DNA of 64,000 nucleotides from an uncultured Planctomycetota bacterium (GCA_963737655.1 CAVTTN010000002.1:2624001-2688000), one strand, 5' to 3'. Positions 43,201-54,181 are shown, counted from the first letter of the stretch. Made by a program: numbers and translations. Notes: generated from the sequence alone by a model not told the origin.

Positions 43201-46200
43201 CCCGGGGTCCGGCGGCCGGGACGGAGGTCCTCGGTGCCCTGGGACTTGGGGCGTGGCCCCTGGAAGGTGTGGTGATGCTCTCCGACCGCCCGCCGCCGAC
43301 GGCCGAGGCCGATCCCGAGGGCCGGTCGGCCTGGGCCGCCACGGTTCGGGCCGCGATCGTCGAGGGCTCCGACCCGGCCGATCGGTTCCAGGCCGTCGAG
43401 CGATGGGCTCGCGAGGCCGCGCCTCCTCCCCCGGCCGACGACCCGCCGGATTCCGGCCGGATCGTGGCCCTGGAAGCGGCCGGGTGGCCCGATCGCGGGG
43501 CGACCGTGACCCTGGACGACCGATCGGCGAGGCGGACCCGGGCCGTCCTCCTCTTCGCGGCCGTCGTGGGCCTGGGCGCGGCCTCGGGGCGTCGGCGGAT
43601 GCGAATCCGGGCCGGGATCTGGGCGCTGGGGACGCTCTCAGCGGCTGGAATCCTGGCGATCGGCCCGGCCGCGCTTCGCGAGGCCGCGTCGGCCGTCCTC
43701 TGGGGCGCCGTGGCAGTCCCGGCGATCTGGCTCGGACGGTCCATCCGTTCCGATCGGCCGGGACCGGGCCGGGACCCGCGCTCCCGGGCCTCTCGGCGGC
43801 CCTCGATGCGATCGGGCTCGACCCTGGCCGTCCTCGTCGCGACGTCCTGGGTCGTCGGCGCCCCGAGGGCCGACGACCCGGCGGGCGAGCCGCCGATCCT
43901 GGCGTTGATCCCCTACGATCCGCCGCTCGACCCCGAGCGGCCGGGGAAGGACGTCCTGTTGCGGCTGGAGGATGACGCCCGCCTCCGAAAACGGGCGACC
44001 GCCGCCGAGGACCGGCCCTCGACGTCCGCCGGGGTCTTCGGCGCCTCGCACCGGATCGCGGCCGACGGCCCGTCGGAGGCCCGGATCACCAGCGAGTTCG
44101 ACCTTGTGCTCGGGCCGACCGACGGCTCGGAATGGTCGTTTCCGATCGAGGGGGCCCGGGACGTGTCGGCCCGGCTCGACGGCAAGGACATCCCGGTCCG
44201 GATCACCTCGGGGGGCAAGTCGGGGACGATTTCGCTCGCGGGCGAGGGCGTCCACAAGCTGACCGTCGATCGGAGGATGGCCCGGACGAAGCAGGAGGGC
44301 GGCACCGGGCTCCGCCTGAGCGTCCCCCCGGTGGCGACGGCACGGGTCGCGGTCGAGGCGACGGCTCCGGGAGAGGCCGTGGACGTGCCCAACGCCCGGG
44401 GGCGCCTGGCGGAAATGGGCGGCGGGGTGGCCGGGCCTCTCGGGCCGGTCGGCTCGGTGGAAGTCCGGTGGACCCCCCGGGAGGCGGCGGGCCGGAGCCG
44501 ACCCCGCGGGGAGGTGGACGTCCTGGCCCTCTGGGACGTGGAGCCGGCCGGAGACCACGTGAGGCTCCGGCTGTCCCCGGCCTCGGCCGAGGGGCTGTCC
44601 CGCGCGGTGGTGAAGCTGGGGCCGGGGGTGCTGGTCCGGTCGTCGAGCCTCCCCGGCCGCCTTGTCCAGGACGAGAAGGGTTCGACCTGGTCGGCCCGGC
44701 TCGACCCGCCCCGGAAACCCGGCGAGTCGATCGCCCTGGAACTCTGGAAGGCCGCCCCGCCGATTTCCGCCCCGTCCGCGACGCCCTCGCCCAGACGGTT
44801 GCCTCGATTCGAGCTCTCCGAATTCGAGAAGGTCACGGGCCTGCTCGGGGTCCGGAGGCCGGGCGAGTGGACCGGGAGGCTCGGGCCGGCCCCGGGACGC
44901 GAGGCGGTCGCCGACGACGTGTTCGACCGGGCCTGGGGGCCGTTGCCGGCCGGAGGAGGGACGCTCGCCGGGGCCTTCCGGTTCGCCGGCTCGCCCGAGC
45001 TGGACTTCCCCACCGGCCCCGAAGCCCCGCGATCGGTCGTCCAGCCGGCCGTGCTCCTGGAGATCGGCCCGGGACGGCTCGACCTCCATTTCGAGGCCGC
45101 CTGGGCCGACCTCGCCGGCCGGACCCGGGAGGTCCGCGTCCGGGTGCCCAGAGACCTCCGCGTGGTCCGGGTCGAGGCCCCCGGATTGACCGACTGGGGC
45201 CGGTCGGCCGAGGACCGCCTGCGGTTCCGGTTCGACGGCCCGCCCAGCCCGTCGAGGACCATCCGCATCGATGGCTGGGTGCCGATCGACGGCGACCCGA
45301 TGGACCCCGGGACCGCCCGGAACCAGGCGGACGTCCCCTGGCCCGTCCCCCTGGACGCCGACCTCCAGCCCGGGACTCTCGCCGTGGCCGCCCCGGCGAA
45401 CGTCCGGTTCGAGCTCGTCGGGGCGGCCGAGGCGATCCCCTCCGCCCCCGGAGGGCCGATCCGCTCGACCTATCGCGTGCCTCCGGGCGAGGTGCCCGGC
45501 CGATTGGCCTGGGCCGCGGAACCCTCGGGGGTGAACGTCCTGGTCCGCAGCCTGTTGCGGGTCCATCCCGACTCCTCCGAATGGGCGGCCGTGGTCCGCT
45601 ACCGGATTCCCTGGGGCCCCTGCCCTCCGGTCCGACTCCGGTTGCCGACGGAGTGGGCCGAGGCGGCGAGGGTCGAGATCCTCGGCCGCCCCGTCGTGCC
45701 CGAGGCCCTGGTCCAGGGCGATTCGACCGTCTGGACGTTCCGGCCCGAGCCTCCGGCGTGGGGGTCTCTCCAGGTGGCGATCCGGGCGTCTCGCCCCCGG
45801 CCGCCCAAGGCCCCCCTGGCGTTCCCGGACCTCGTCCCCCTGGGCCGGGCCGCCGCCGACCGGGTCGATTCGTACCTCGCCGTGGCCGACGCCTCGGGCC
45901 TGGGCCTCGTCCCCGAAGGCTCCGCGGGCCTCCAGCCGGTCGAGGCGTCGCGCTGGGGCGACGGCGGGTTCCCCCTGCCGGCGGGGACCCGCGGCGTCTA
46001 TCGAGTCCTCAGCGAGGGCTGGTCCCTCCGGCTGATCCCCCGGTCCGAGCCCGCGGGGGAAATCGACGGCCTGTCCGTGCCGACGGTGACCCTCGCCGAC
46101 CTCCTCTGCGTGGTGGCGCCCGACGGCTCCAGCCTCGGCCGGGCCTCGTACCACCTCGACGATCCCTCCTCGGCCTTCCTCCCCCTGATCGTTCCGAACG

Positions 46201-47102
46201 GGATCGAGGCGCTCTCGGCGACCGTGGACGGCTCGGCCGTCTCGCCCAGACGCGACGGCCCCGATCGCCTGCTGATCCCCTTGCCCGACGGCGGGGCGTC
46301 GCGGGTCATCCTGTTGTGGAAGGCCCCGGCGGGCCCGGACCTCCCCGTCCCGGCGCTGATGACCAGGGGCGTGCCGACCCTCCTGGACGTGGCGGCCCCG
46401 GAGGCCGACCTCCTCCGGTCGAGCCTCCCGGCCAGCCCTCCCGACGCCCTCGGCGCCTCGCGGCTGGAGCAGCTCGCCCGGTCGATCGCCGATCGGATCT
46501 CGCGGATCGACCGCGGCTCGACCCGCGACCGCTCGGCGCTCCTCGGCGCCCTGATCCGGTTCGAGGCGACGGCCCGGCAAGTCGATCGGCAGGCGAGGTT
46601 CGCCCGACGAGGGGCCGCCGCGTTGCCCGAGCCGAGGGTCTCGGCCGCGAGGCAGGCGGTGGCCGAGGCGCTCTCGGGTTCGGGCCTGGAGGAATTCGGC
46701 CAATCGGCCCGGAGCCGTGTCGGCGAGGCGATCACCGACCCCATGCCCAGCCTCGCCACGCCGCCCCTCTCGCCCGAGCCCAACAACCTCCGCCGCCTGG
46801 GCAAGTCGAGGACGTTCCAGGGAATCCAGGCCGAGCCCGGAAGGCCCATCAAAGTCTCCCGGACGCCCCGCTCGACCCCAGTTCCCCGCCCGCCCGCCGC
46901 CCGATGGCTCCCGCCGTTGCTGCCGATCCTGGCCGGGCTCGTGCTGGTCGGCCTAATAGGCGGCCGAAGGTCGCGAATCTCCGCGGCGATCCTCACGGCG
47001 GCGGCCTCGGCCACCGCGACGATCCTCGGAGGAGGGCCCCTGGTTGCCGGGATCGCCGCGGGGGCCGTCGTTGTCGGCCTCGGTTGGCGCGGGACGAGGT
47101 GA
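40249..47102 (+). CDS. Giant (~2280 aa) membrane-anchored hypothetical protein, frameshift near 40475
   Basis: Signal peptide MSRLHRPLRLLFPLFLAIV in one frame joins the 2300-aa ORF in another; internal and C-terminal TM clusters. Confidence 0.7.
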
Positions 47103-47164
47103 AATGGATGTTCGGGAAACCGAGAAGCACGCCGTCTTGAAAATCCCTTGATGTTTTACAAGAA

Positions 47165-47183
47165 CACGGATTTTCAATCCGTG
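47165..47183. repeat. Short palindrome (REP-like) downstream of the RAYT gene
   Basis: CACGGATT-TTC-AATCCGTG, perfect 8-bp stem. Confidence 0.45.
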
Positions 47184-47221
47184 GATCGGCGAAGGAGATG
47201 GGTTCGGGCCTGGTCCCGACT

Positions 47222-47881
47222 TCACGACGCCTTCCTCGGCCGCCCCCGGCCCCGGAGGGTCGATCCCAGGCCGAGCCGCTCGGCGGTGCGGAGGGTCCAT
47301 TCGTCGGAGCCGAAGGGCCGCTCGCGTTCCACGGACACGCGGAGCCGCCGGAGGTCGCCGGCCGACAGCGGCTCGTTGACCCGCTCGACCCATCCCGGCC
47401 CCCGCGGGTCGGGCTCGCCTCGCCAGAGGAGGGCATCTCCCGCGAGCCATCCGGGCAGGCTCGACCACTTCCAGTGCTCGGCCCTTGCGACCAGCTCGGC
47501 CCTCAGGGGGTTGCGCTCGACGTAGCGGAGGACGGCGGCAAGGTGGTCGTCGTCCTGGACGGGGAAGGCCTTGTAGCGGCCCTGCCAGACGTGGCCGGTG
47601 GTGCCGTAGTGTCGGTGATAGCGGAGGGCGTGGGTGGTCAGGAGCCGACGCATCCACCGGCCGAGGTCGCCGTCGGCGTGGGGTCGGAGGACGAGGTGGA
47701 AGTGATTGGGCATCAGGCAGTAGCCGAGGAGGTCCATCGGCAAACGGCGGCAGGAGTCGGCGATGGCCTCGACGAAGGCGTCGTAGTCGGCGGGCTTGTG
47801 GAAGACGGATGCGCGGCGGTTCCCGCGGTTGAGGGCGTGGTAGGGGAGTCCGGCGACGGAGGCGCGAGCGGTGCGTGGCAT
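47222..47881 (-). CDS. rayT: REP-associated tyrosine transposase (RAYT, Y1 HUH transposase family)
   Basis: YHALNRGN, YCLMPNHFHL (HUH), GHVWQGRYKA, catalytic YVERNP, WKWSS, C-terminal RGRPRK. Confidence 0.92.
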   Translation of the reverse strand: MPRTARASVAGLPYHALNRGNRRASVFHKPADYDAFVEAIADSCRRLPMDLLGYCLMPNHFHLVLRPHADGDLGRWMRRLLTTHALRYHRHYGTTGHVWQGRYKAFPVQDDDHLAAVLRYVERNPLRAELVARAEHWKWSSLPGWLAGDALLWRGEPDPRGPGWVERVNEPLSAGDLRRLRVSVERERPFGSDEWTLRTAERLGLGSTLRGRGRPRKAS

Positions 47882-47887
47882 GTCGGG

Positions 47888-47916
47888 AGTCTAGGAACCA
47901 CGAATCGCGGCGTCAA
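47888..47916 (-). promoter_or_regulatory. Sigma70-type promoter of RAYT, leaderless configuration
   Basis: Minus strand reads TTGACG-17 nt-TAGACT-6 nt-ATG. Confidence 0.65.
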
Positions 47917-47940
47917 TAATTTCCTCCGTCCCCTTTTCCG
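47915..47940. repeat. RAYT-adjacent repeat AATAATTTCCTCCGTCCCCTTTTCCG
   Basis: Identical over 26 bp to 53073-53098 and related to the clusters at 53.75-53.94 kb and 55.06-55.55 kb. Confidence 0.85.
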
Positions 47941-48199
47941 CCCTTATAATTTTACAGGAATTACTAATATGCAAAATTCATCACTTTATAATAATCTATA
48001 TGAGTTTTCGTATTACCAGATTAATGACCAGTCCCCTAATACGAAAAACCAGGAGGATGGCAAACAAGAGCCTGCCCAGACGACGCCCCAACCCAAACCT
48101 TCGCCCGCACCTCCAGCTCTTCCTTCCAAACCCCTACCAAATAATGTGATTATACTTGAACCTGCGCTGCGCCAGTATGGAATCCATTTTTTCCCCTAA

Positions 48200-49814
48200 T
48201 CAGTAGTTTCCCTGGAAATCGACACTCTCGTCGCGACGTCGCGTAGCATCTCCGTCCCCTCGACGCCGCCGAGCGGCTCCCGAGGCCCTGAAAACCAGGC
48301 GTCCGACACCTTGAGTGCGTCGGATCCATCTGCGATACTTCATCGCGGCCTACACTCAGGCCACTTTCTCCTCGTGTTTCAGCCAGTTCGAGAGGAGACG
48401 CTGGATTTCCGGCCGATGACGCCTCAGCAACCGCTCCACGTCCAGCACGCTCGCTCGGTCCTTCTTCTTGTTCCACGGCGGCGGCGACCACCAATCCGTG
48501 CATCCTCGCTCATCCAACGCGAATTGCAACAGCCGCAGCAGGCTCATAGTGATCCATTGCACCTGCGTCGTCCGCTCGATCGGCGACTTCGTCCAGGCTC
48601 GACACTCCTCCCATCCCAGCCTCTGCTTCAGGTCCCGGAACCCGTCCTCCTGGCGGAACCTCGCGGCGAACAACTCGACCATCTCCAACCCGCTCAGACC
48701 CAACGCCGAACTCACCACCGTGAATCGCTTCTGGTAACCCTCGACCTCGGCCACCACCGCCTTGACCGTCACGTCATGTCCGAGCACCCGCCAGAGGCAG
48801 GCGATCTCCTTCCAACGGACCTTTCGCACCCGGCCGTAGATAAAGGCCTCGCCCTTCTTCCAATCCCCGGGCCAGCGTCCCCCCTGGCGAGGCGGGGACA
48901 GCTTCTTGCCCCACACGGGAGTCCGGCCTCGTTTCCCCTTGGGTCGCTTGGCCGGCGGCAGGGCGTGGAGTCGGGCGTCGTGCCGCAACCGGGTCAGGAA
49001 GTCGATGCGAGGCAAGCCCTCTTCGGCCATGACCAGTGGCCGAACGACATTCTTCAGGGCGTAGCCGCCGTCGAAGACGCCCAGGTGAGGCCCGGCGTTG
49101 ATCCGGGCCTGTTCCCGCAGCAGTTCGACGGCCAGTTCGCACTTGGTCCGGAAGACCTGCTTGGGGCCGGCGACGCCACAGCGGAAGGGGAGTTGCGACT
49201 TGCGGAAGTAGAGCCGCCCGGAGATCGGCAGATACCAGGCGGGCTGGCCATCGTTCTTGAGCAAGGCCCCGAGGCAGACCCAGTTGTGAGCCCGGACGGT
49301 GGTGGCCCGGTTGGGACAGCGAGCGGTGTATTCGTGGAAGGTGCATGTGCCCCAGACGTGCTCGCCCGAGCGATGGACCTTGGTGTCATCGACGGCCGAG
49401 ATCCGATAGCCGTGCCAGATCCGGCCGGGAGCCTCGTCGATGAGTCCGGAGAGGTTGCTGGTGAGGATCTCGGGCTTCCAGACGGCGTACTCGGCGAAGG
49501 ATTCCAGGGCCTTCCAGTCGGCCAGTCGCTCGATGGCGACGACCGACTGGGTGATGGTGTGCTCCTCGACGTTGAGGGATAGAGCGGTGACCCACTCGAC
49601 GAAGCGGCGGTAGCCGGGTCGAGTGAATGCGGAGGCGAAGGGTTTGAGGAGTAGTTGCCAGAGGGACCAGACGACTGTAGCCTGCCGCATCGGGGCATCT
49701 CCGTTTGCGGAGTTGATGGGAGGGTAAGCACCCATCAAGGTCCGCTGGGGAGATGCCCCGCTCAAGATATACGGAACTTCAGATCGGTTGCTCGATTTTC
49801 AGGGAAACTACTGG
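48200..49814 (-). mobile_element. IS701-family element, apparently intact (transposase 48356-49690)
   Basis: 22-bp IRs CAGTAGTTTCCCTG(G/A)AAATCGA at 48201-48222 and 49792-49813. CTAA flanks both sides (48196-48199, 49815-49818). DDE motifs AVDDTK, VFDGGY, RFRQEDGFRDLK. Confidence 0.9.
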
Positions 49815-49894
49815 CTAATGGTCTCTTCAGATTTCCGGGGGGTATACCCCGGCCAGATCAGGTGGAGTAAACTCGGACGATTGCTGCGGGGCTC

Positions 49895-52800
49895 ATGGTC
49901 AACACACCCTCTCCGACACGGGCCGGTTTGATGTCGAAGATTGCGAATGAACGCAGCCTCCTGTTCGGGTTGCTCGCGCTTCAGAATGACCTGATCGCGC
50001 CCTCGCAACTGGTCGCGGCGTTCCACGCCTGGAGCCGCGACGCCGCCCGGCCGATGGCGGAGAGCCTTCGCGAGCAGGGGGCGCTCGACGACAGCGACGT
50101 CGGTCTGATCGAGGCCCTGGTTGCCAAGCATATCGCCCGCCACGATCACGACACGGAGAAAAGCCTGGCGGCCGTCGTGATCCCGGCGGCCGTTCGTCAG
50201 GAGATCGGGACCGTCGAGGCCCCGGACGTCGAAGCGACCCTGGCGCGAGTCACGGTCCGGGGCCCCTCCGAGAACACGATGTCTTATGTGGCGTCCCCCG
50301 CCGTCTCGGGGCGATTCCGGGTCGTCCGGCCTCACGCCAGCGGCGGCCTGGGGGACGTCTCCGTAGCGCTCGACGCCGAGCTCAATCGCCACGTCGCGCT
50401 CAAGGAGATCCGCGGCAAGTTCGCGAGCGACCCGATGTGCCAGGCCCGCTTCCTGCTCGAGGCGGAGATCACCGGCTCTCTCGAACATCCCGGGGTCGTC
50501 CCCATCTACTCCCTGGGCCGGAACCCCGACGGTCACCCGTTTTATGCGATGCGGTTCATCAAGGGGGAGAGCCTGAAGGAGGCAAGCGACCGGTTCCACG
50601 ACCCGAAGGCGCCTCCTCGCGAGGAGGGCGAACGGTCGCTGGCCCTCCGCCAGCTTCTGAGGCGGTTCGTGGACGTGTGCAACACGATCGCCTATGCGCA
50701 CAGCCGGGGCGTCATCCACCGCGACGTGAAGCCGGCGAATCTCCTCCTCGGGCCGTATGGCGAGACGCTCGTCGTGGACTGGGGGCTGGCCAAGGTCGTC
50801 GGGCGAGGCGGCGCCCGCGATGCGCCTCGTTCGGCCGAGGCGTCCTTGCATCCTTCGGCCAGCGGGGCGGCGGAGACCGTCGACGGCTCAGCGATGGGGA
50901 CTCCGGCCTACATGAGCCCCGAGCAGGCCGCCGGGGAGCTCGACCGCCTTGGGCCGGCGAGCGACGTCTACAGCCTCGGCGCGACGCTCTTTTACGTCCT
51001 GACCGGCAAGCCGCCGTTCGAAGGGGAGGTGGCGGAGGTGTTGCGGAGGGTCCGCGTCGGCGATTTCCGGCCCCCTCGGCAGGTCAAGGCCGACGTCCCG
51101 GCGTCACTCGAGGCGATCTGCATGAAGGCGATGGCGCTCCGTCCCGAGGATCGCTATGCGTCGGCCCGCGCCCCGGCCGACGACGTCGATCACTGGCTGG
51201 CCGACGAGCCGGTCTCCGCCCGGGTCGAGCCCTGGACGGCTCGGGGCCGGCGCTGGGTCCGTCGCCATCAGGTGGGGGTCGCGGTCGGCGTGCTCGCCGC
51301 GGCGCTCGCGGGCGTCTCCGCGGCGGCCGTCGCCCTGATCAGCGACTCCGCCCGACGCTCCGAGCACACGGCCCGGCTCGCCCTCGACCGGTCACTCAAG
51401 GGTGAGGTCGCCGCCCACGCCGAGGCCAGGGACCGACTCTTCGAGGCCGGTCGTGTCATCGACAAGTTCCTCACGAACGTCAGCTACGACCTGGCCCGCA
51501 TCCCGGGCACCCAGCCGCTCCGCATGAAGATGCTGGCCGCCGCCGCCGCCCACTTCGAGACGCTCGCGAAGGAAGATCCCGCGGGATCGTTTTATGCGAA
51601 GGCCCAGGGCGCGAACAGCCTCTATCGCGTGGGCCAGCTCCGCCGACAGATGGGGGACGTCAAGGGCGGGATGGGTGCCCTGGGCGACGCAATCGCGCGC
51701 TATCTCGACCTGGAGAAGGAAAATGGCACGAGCCCCGTCACGCTCGACGGGCTCGGCAACTCCTACATCGAGCTCGGCCTGGCCCGCCGCGACCTCGGCG
51801 ACCTGAAGGGGGCCGAGGAGTCCTGGCGGCTCGCCATCACGGCCCACGAGGCCGAGAGGAAGTTCAAACCGTCCGACCCGGGGGTACTCACCAATATCAC
51901 GTCCAGCACGACGAACCTCGGCCTCGCCGCGGGCGACCTCGGGGATTCCGACGCCGCGCTCGCGGCCTTCCGAAGGGTCGTCGAGCTGCGGAGCGGGGCC
52001 TTGAAGATTCGCCCGGATTTCCCCCTCTACGAGAACTTCCTGGGATCGGCCCATTCCGTGCTCGGATCGACCCTCCACGATTGCGGACAACTCTCGAAGT
52101 CCCTGGACTCCCTGAAGGAGGCGATCCGGATTCGCGAGAGACTCCTCGCGCGCGAGCCTGAGAATCCGGACCTCGTCTCCGGCCTCCTCTGGAGCCGAAC
52201 CAGCGAATCGGCGGTGCTCCGGGACCTCGGCCGTCTTGACGAGGCCGCCGAGCTGGTCCGTCAGGGCGAAGATCGTGCGAAATCGCTTCTCGGCAGTAGC
52301 CCCGGCATCCCCGAATATCTCGAATTGTTGGGTCAGCTTCAGGTCGATCGGGCCCGCGTGGCGCTCGCAAGAAATCATCCCGACGAGGCGGAGGCCGCGT
52401 CGCGACGGGCTGTGGCCACCTTCGGCCTCGCGGTCGATCGCCAGCCGGACTTCCCGGCCATCCGGTCCCAATGGGACGAGACGAGAATCCTGCTCGCCGA
52501 GAGCCTGCGCAAGCTCGATCGCCCCCGGGACGCGCTCGACGACCTCGAACGCGTGATGAAGGACCTCGATACCCTGGCGGAAAAATTCCCCCATCTGCGC
52601 CGGATCGCCGCACGCCGGGCCTCGGCCCATGCCCAGCATGGTGCCCTCCTCGCCGCCATTCAACCCGACGACCCGGCCGAGGCGGCGCTCCGCGACGCGA
52701 CCGAGAGGGCCGCCGACCTGGCGCGTCGATTCCCGACCTATCACGAATATCACGGCCGTGCCGCCGAGGCGGCCCACGACCTGGCGCTCTTGCTGGTCGC

Positions 52801-52975
52801 CAGGAAGAAGGCGAAAGAGGCGGAGGCGGCCTACGAACTCGCCCTCCGACATCAGGCCGACGCGGTGAAGCTCTGCCCCGAGGCCTCCGCGTATCGCGAC
52901 CGCCTCGCCGCCTATCAAAGCGCTCGCGAGGAGCTCGCCAGCGTCCCGGCTTCGGCCGCTCCTGTCCCTCGTTAA
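49895..52975 (+). CDS. Serine/threonine protein kinase with TM segment and TPR repeats
   Basis: GGLGDV, VALKE, HRDVKPAN, VVDWGLAK, GTPAYMSPEQ, SDVYSLG; TM helix followed by TPR-like helices. Confidence 0.92.
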   Translation: MVNTPSPTRAGLMSKIANERSLLFGLLALQNDLIAPSQLVAAFHAWSRDAARPMAESLREQGALDDSDVGLIEALVAKHIARHDHDTEKSLAAVVIPAAVRQEIGTVEAPDVEATLARVTVRGPSENTMSYVASPAVSGRFRVVRPHASGGLGDVSVALDAELNRHVALKEIRGKFASDPMCQARFLLEAEITGSLEHPGVVPIYSLGRNPDGHPFYAMRFIKGESLKEASDRFHDPKAPPREEGERSLALRQLLRRFVDVCNTIAYAHSRGVIHRDVKPANLLLGPYGETLVVDWGLAKVVGRGGARDAPRSAEASLHPSASGAAETVDGSAMGTPAYMSPEQAAGELDRLGPASDVYSLGATLFYVLTGKPPFEGEVAEVLRRVRVGDFRPPRQVKADVPASLEAICMKAMALRPEDRYASARAPADDVDHWLADEPVSARVEPWTARGRRWVRRHQVGVAVGVLAAALAGVSAAAVALISDSARRSEHTARLALDRSLKGEVAAHAEARDRLFEAGRVIDKFLTNVSYDLARIPGTQPLRMKMLAAAAAHFETLAKEDPAGSFYAKAQGANSLYRVGQLRRQMGDVKGGMGALGDAIARYLDLEKENGTSPVTLDGLGNSYIELGLARRDLGDLKGAEESWRLAITAHEAERKFKPSDPGVLTNITSSTTNLGLAAGDLGDSDAALAAFRRVVELRSGALKIRPDFPLYENFLGSAHSVLGSTLHDCGQLSKSLDSLKEAIRIRERLLAREPENPDLVSGLLWSRTSESAVLRDLGRLDEAAELVRQGEDRAKSLLGSSPGIPEYLELLGQLQVDRARVALARNHPDEAEAASRRAVATFGLAVDRQPDFPAIRSQWDETRILLAESLRKLDRPRDALDDLERVMKDLDTLAEKFPHLRRIAARRASAHAQHGALLAAIQPDDPAEAALRDATERAADLARRFPTYHEYHGRAAEAAHDLALLLVARKKAKEAEAAYELALRHQADAVKLCPEASAYRDRLAAYQSAREELASVPASAAPVPR

Positions 52976-52978
52976 CGC

Positions 52979-53104
52979 GGAAGACCCGGAAAAGGGGAAG
53001 ATCCGGAAAAGGGGAAGACCCGGAAAAGGGGACGACGACCCGGAAAAGGGGACGGAGGAAATTTCAGCTGGAAATAATTTCCTCCGTCCCCTTTTCCGGG
53101 TCGT
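52979..53104. repeat. Repeat cluster A: four tandem CCGGAAAAGGGGA units ending in a perfect 29-bp inverted repeat with a 12-nt loop
   Basis: ACGACCCGGAAAAGGGGACGGAGGAAATT (53035-53063) and its reverse complement (53076-53104). Confidence 0.9.
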
Positions 53105-53146
53105 TTTCGGTCCCCGCACGAAAACGCTGACAAGAGCCAAATCGGT

Positions 53147-53356
53147 TCACGAGGAGGAGGTCTTATGCGCGGCCATGAGTTGGCGGACGGCCGGAAGAAG
53201 TTCCTCGGGGATCGTGATGACGGTCTGCCCGACCTGCTCGGTCATCGCCGCCTCGTCATCGGCCACCTGCTCGTCCTCGGTCATGCTCTCGTAGTAATCG
53301 ATCAATTTCTTGACACGATCCGCGTCCCAGCCGGCCGGGAATCTCGACTCACTCAT
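53147..53356 (-). CDS. Putative antitoxin
   Basis: 69-aa acidic ORF whose ATG overlaps the upstream toxin stop (ATGA); FPAGWD.DRVKKLIDYYE..TEDE motif. Confidence 0.65.
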   Translation of the reverse strand: MSESRFPAGWDADRVKKLIDYYESMTEDEQVADDEAAMTEQVGQTVITIPEELLPAVRQLMAAHKTSSS

Positions 53357-53628
53357 CGCCTCTTCCTCCGTCGATACGCCTGGAGTGCTTTACCCCGGAT
53401 CTCGTAGGCCGTAACCACGAAGACGCCATCGCCTTCTTGGTCGGGAACAAAGATGACGTGCAGGTATCGCCCGGAACACGTCTGCCCCAACACATGGCGG
53501 GAAGCGTCTCGGCCCGAGCGATCCTCGCCGGGATGCCGCAACACGTACTCCACCTCGTCCTCAGTGACCCCATGCCCGTAGATGTGCGGCAGGCCGGAAT
53601 CCGGGTCGAAGTGGTAACGAACATCCAT
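53353..53628 (-). CDS. Putative BrnT/DUF4258-like ribonuclease toxin
   Basis: HGVTEDEVEYVL...LGQT.SGRYLHVIF...FVVTAY..YRRR pattern typical of BrnT-like toxins. Confidence 0.7.
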   Translation of the reverse strand: MDVRYHFDPDSGLPHIYGHGVTEDEVEYVLRHPGEDRSGRDASRHVLGQTCSGRYLHVIFVPDQEGDGVFVVTAYEIRGKALQAYRRRKRR

Positions 53629-53744
53629 TGGCGAGCCTCGACGGCCCTAGGGAACACGCCCTCATCTTACCCAGAGGGCAGCTTCCGCTGCAAACTCGTC
53701 GTCCGCCCCTTCGGTCCTCGTCCACCTTGTCCCGACCGAACCTC

Positions 53745-53940
53745 AGGGCGGAAAAGGGTACGGGGGGGCGGAAAAGGCGACGGGGGAAATTATCAAAAGG
53801 GAACGGAGCGTTGGAGCGGAAGAGGAGGTGGAGTCAAGAATTCCCTCCGTCCCCTTTTCCACTCCCGTCCCCTTTTCCACTCCTCGTCCCCTTTTCCACT
53901 CCTCCGTCCCCTTTTCCACTCGTCGTCCCCTTTTCCACTC
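53745..53940. repeat. Repeat cluster B: two left-arm copies, a ~45-nt insert, and five tandem right-arm copies (CGTCCCCTTTTCCACTC)
   Basis: Read directly from the sequence; the arms are inverted relative to each other. Confidence 0.88.
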
Positions 53941-54176
53941 GTGCGGGATTGGAAACCGAGATCGTGATGCCGCTTTCCCCGAAACTCTGCCTCCACGGCA
54001 GCCACCAGCCAACGAATAATTACTCGTACGTGGAGGCCAAGCAGAAGGTCATCCGCGAGATCAATAAGCGGATCGTGAGTCAGGCCACCCGATTCGTCTA
54101 CGCGCCTGACAAGCCGACGTGGCTGCCCCCGCTTCAGGCCCGGAAGGATTTGGGCGTGATGCGGATCGGGTGGTGA
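53941..54176 (+). pseudogene. C-terminal gene fragment, DUF4238-like
   Basis: EIVMPLSPKLCL...IREINKRIVSQATRFVYA resembles DUF4238 C-termini. It starts abruptly at the repeat boundary. Confidence 0.45.
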
Positions 54177-54181
54177 TTCCC

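Noticed and set aside
32410..47140. Very long antisense or alternate-frame ORFs (e.g. 36452-40171 -, 43638-46703 -, 33828-36149 +)
   Set aside because: Arg/Pro/Gly-rich shadow ORFs expected from high-GC codon bias over real genes.
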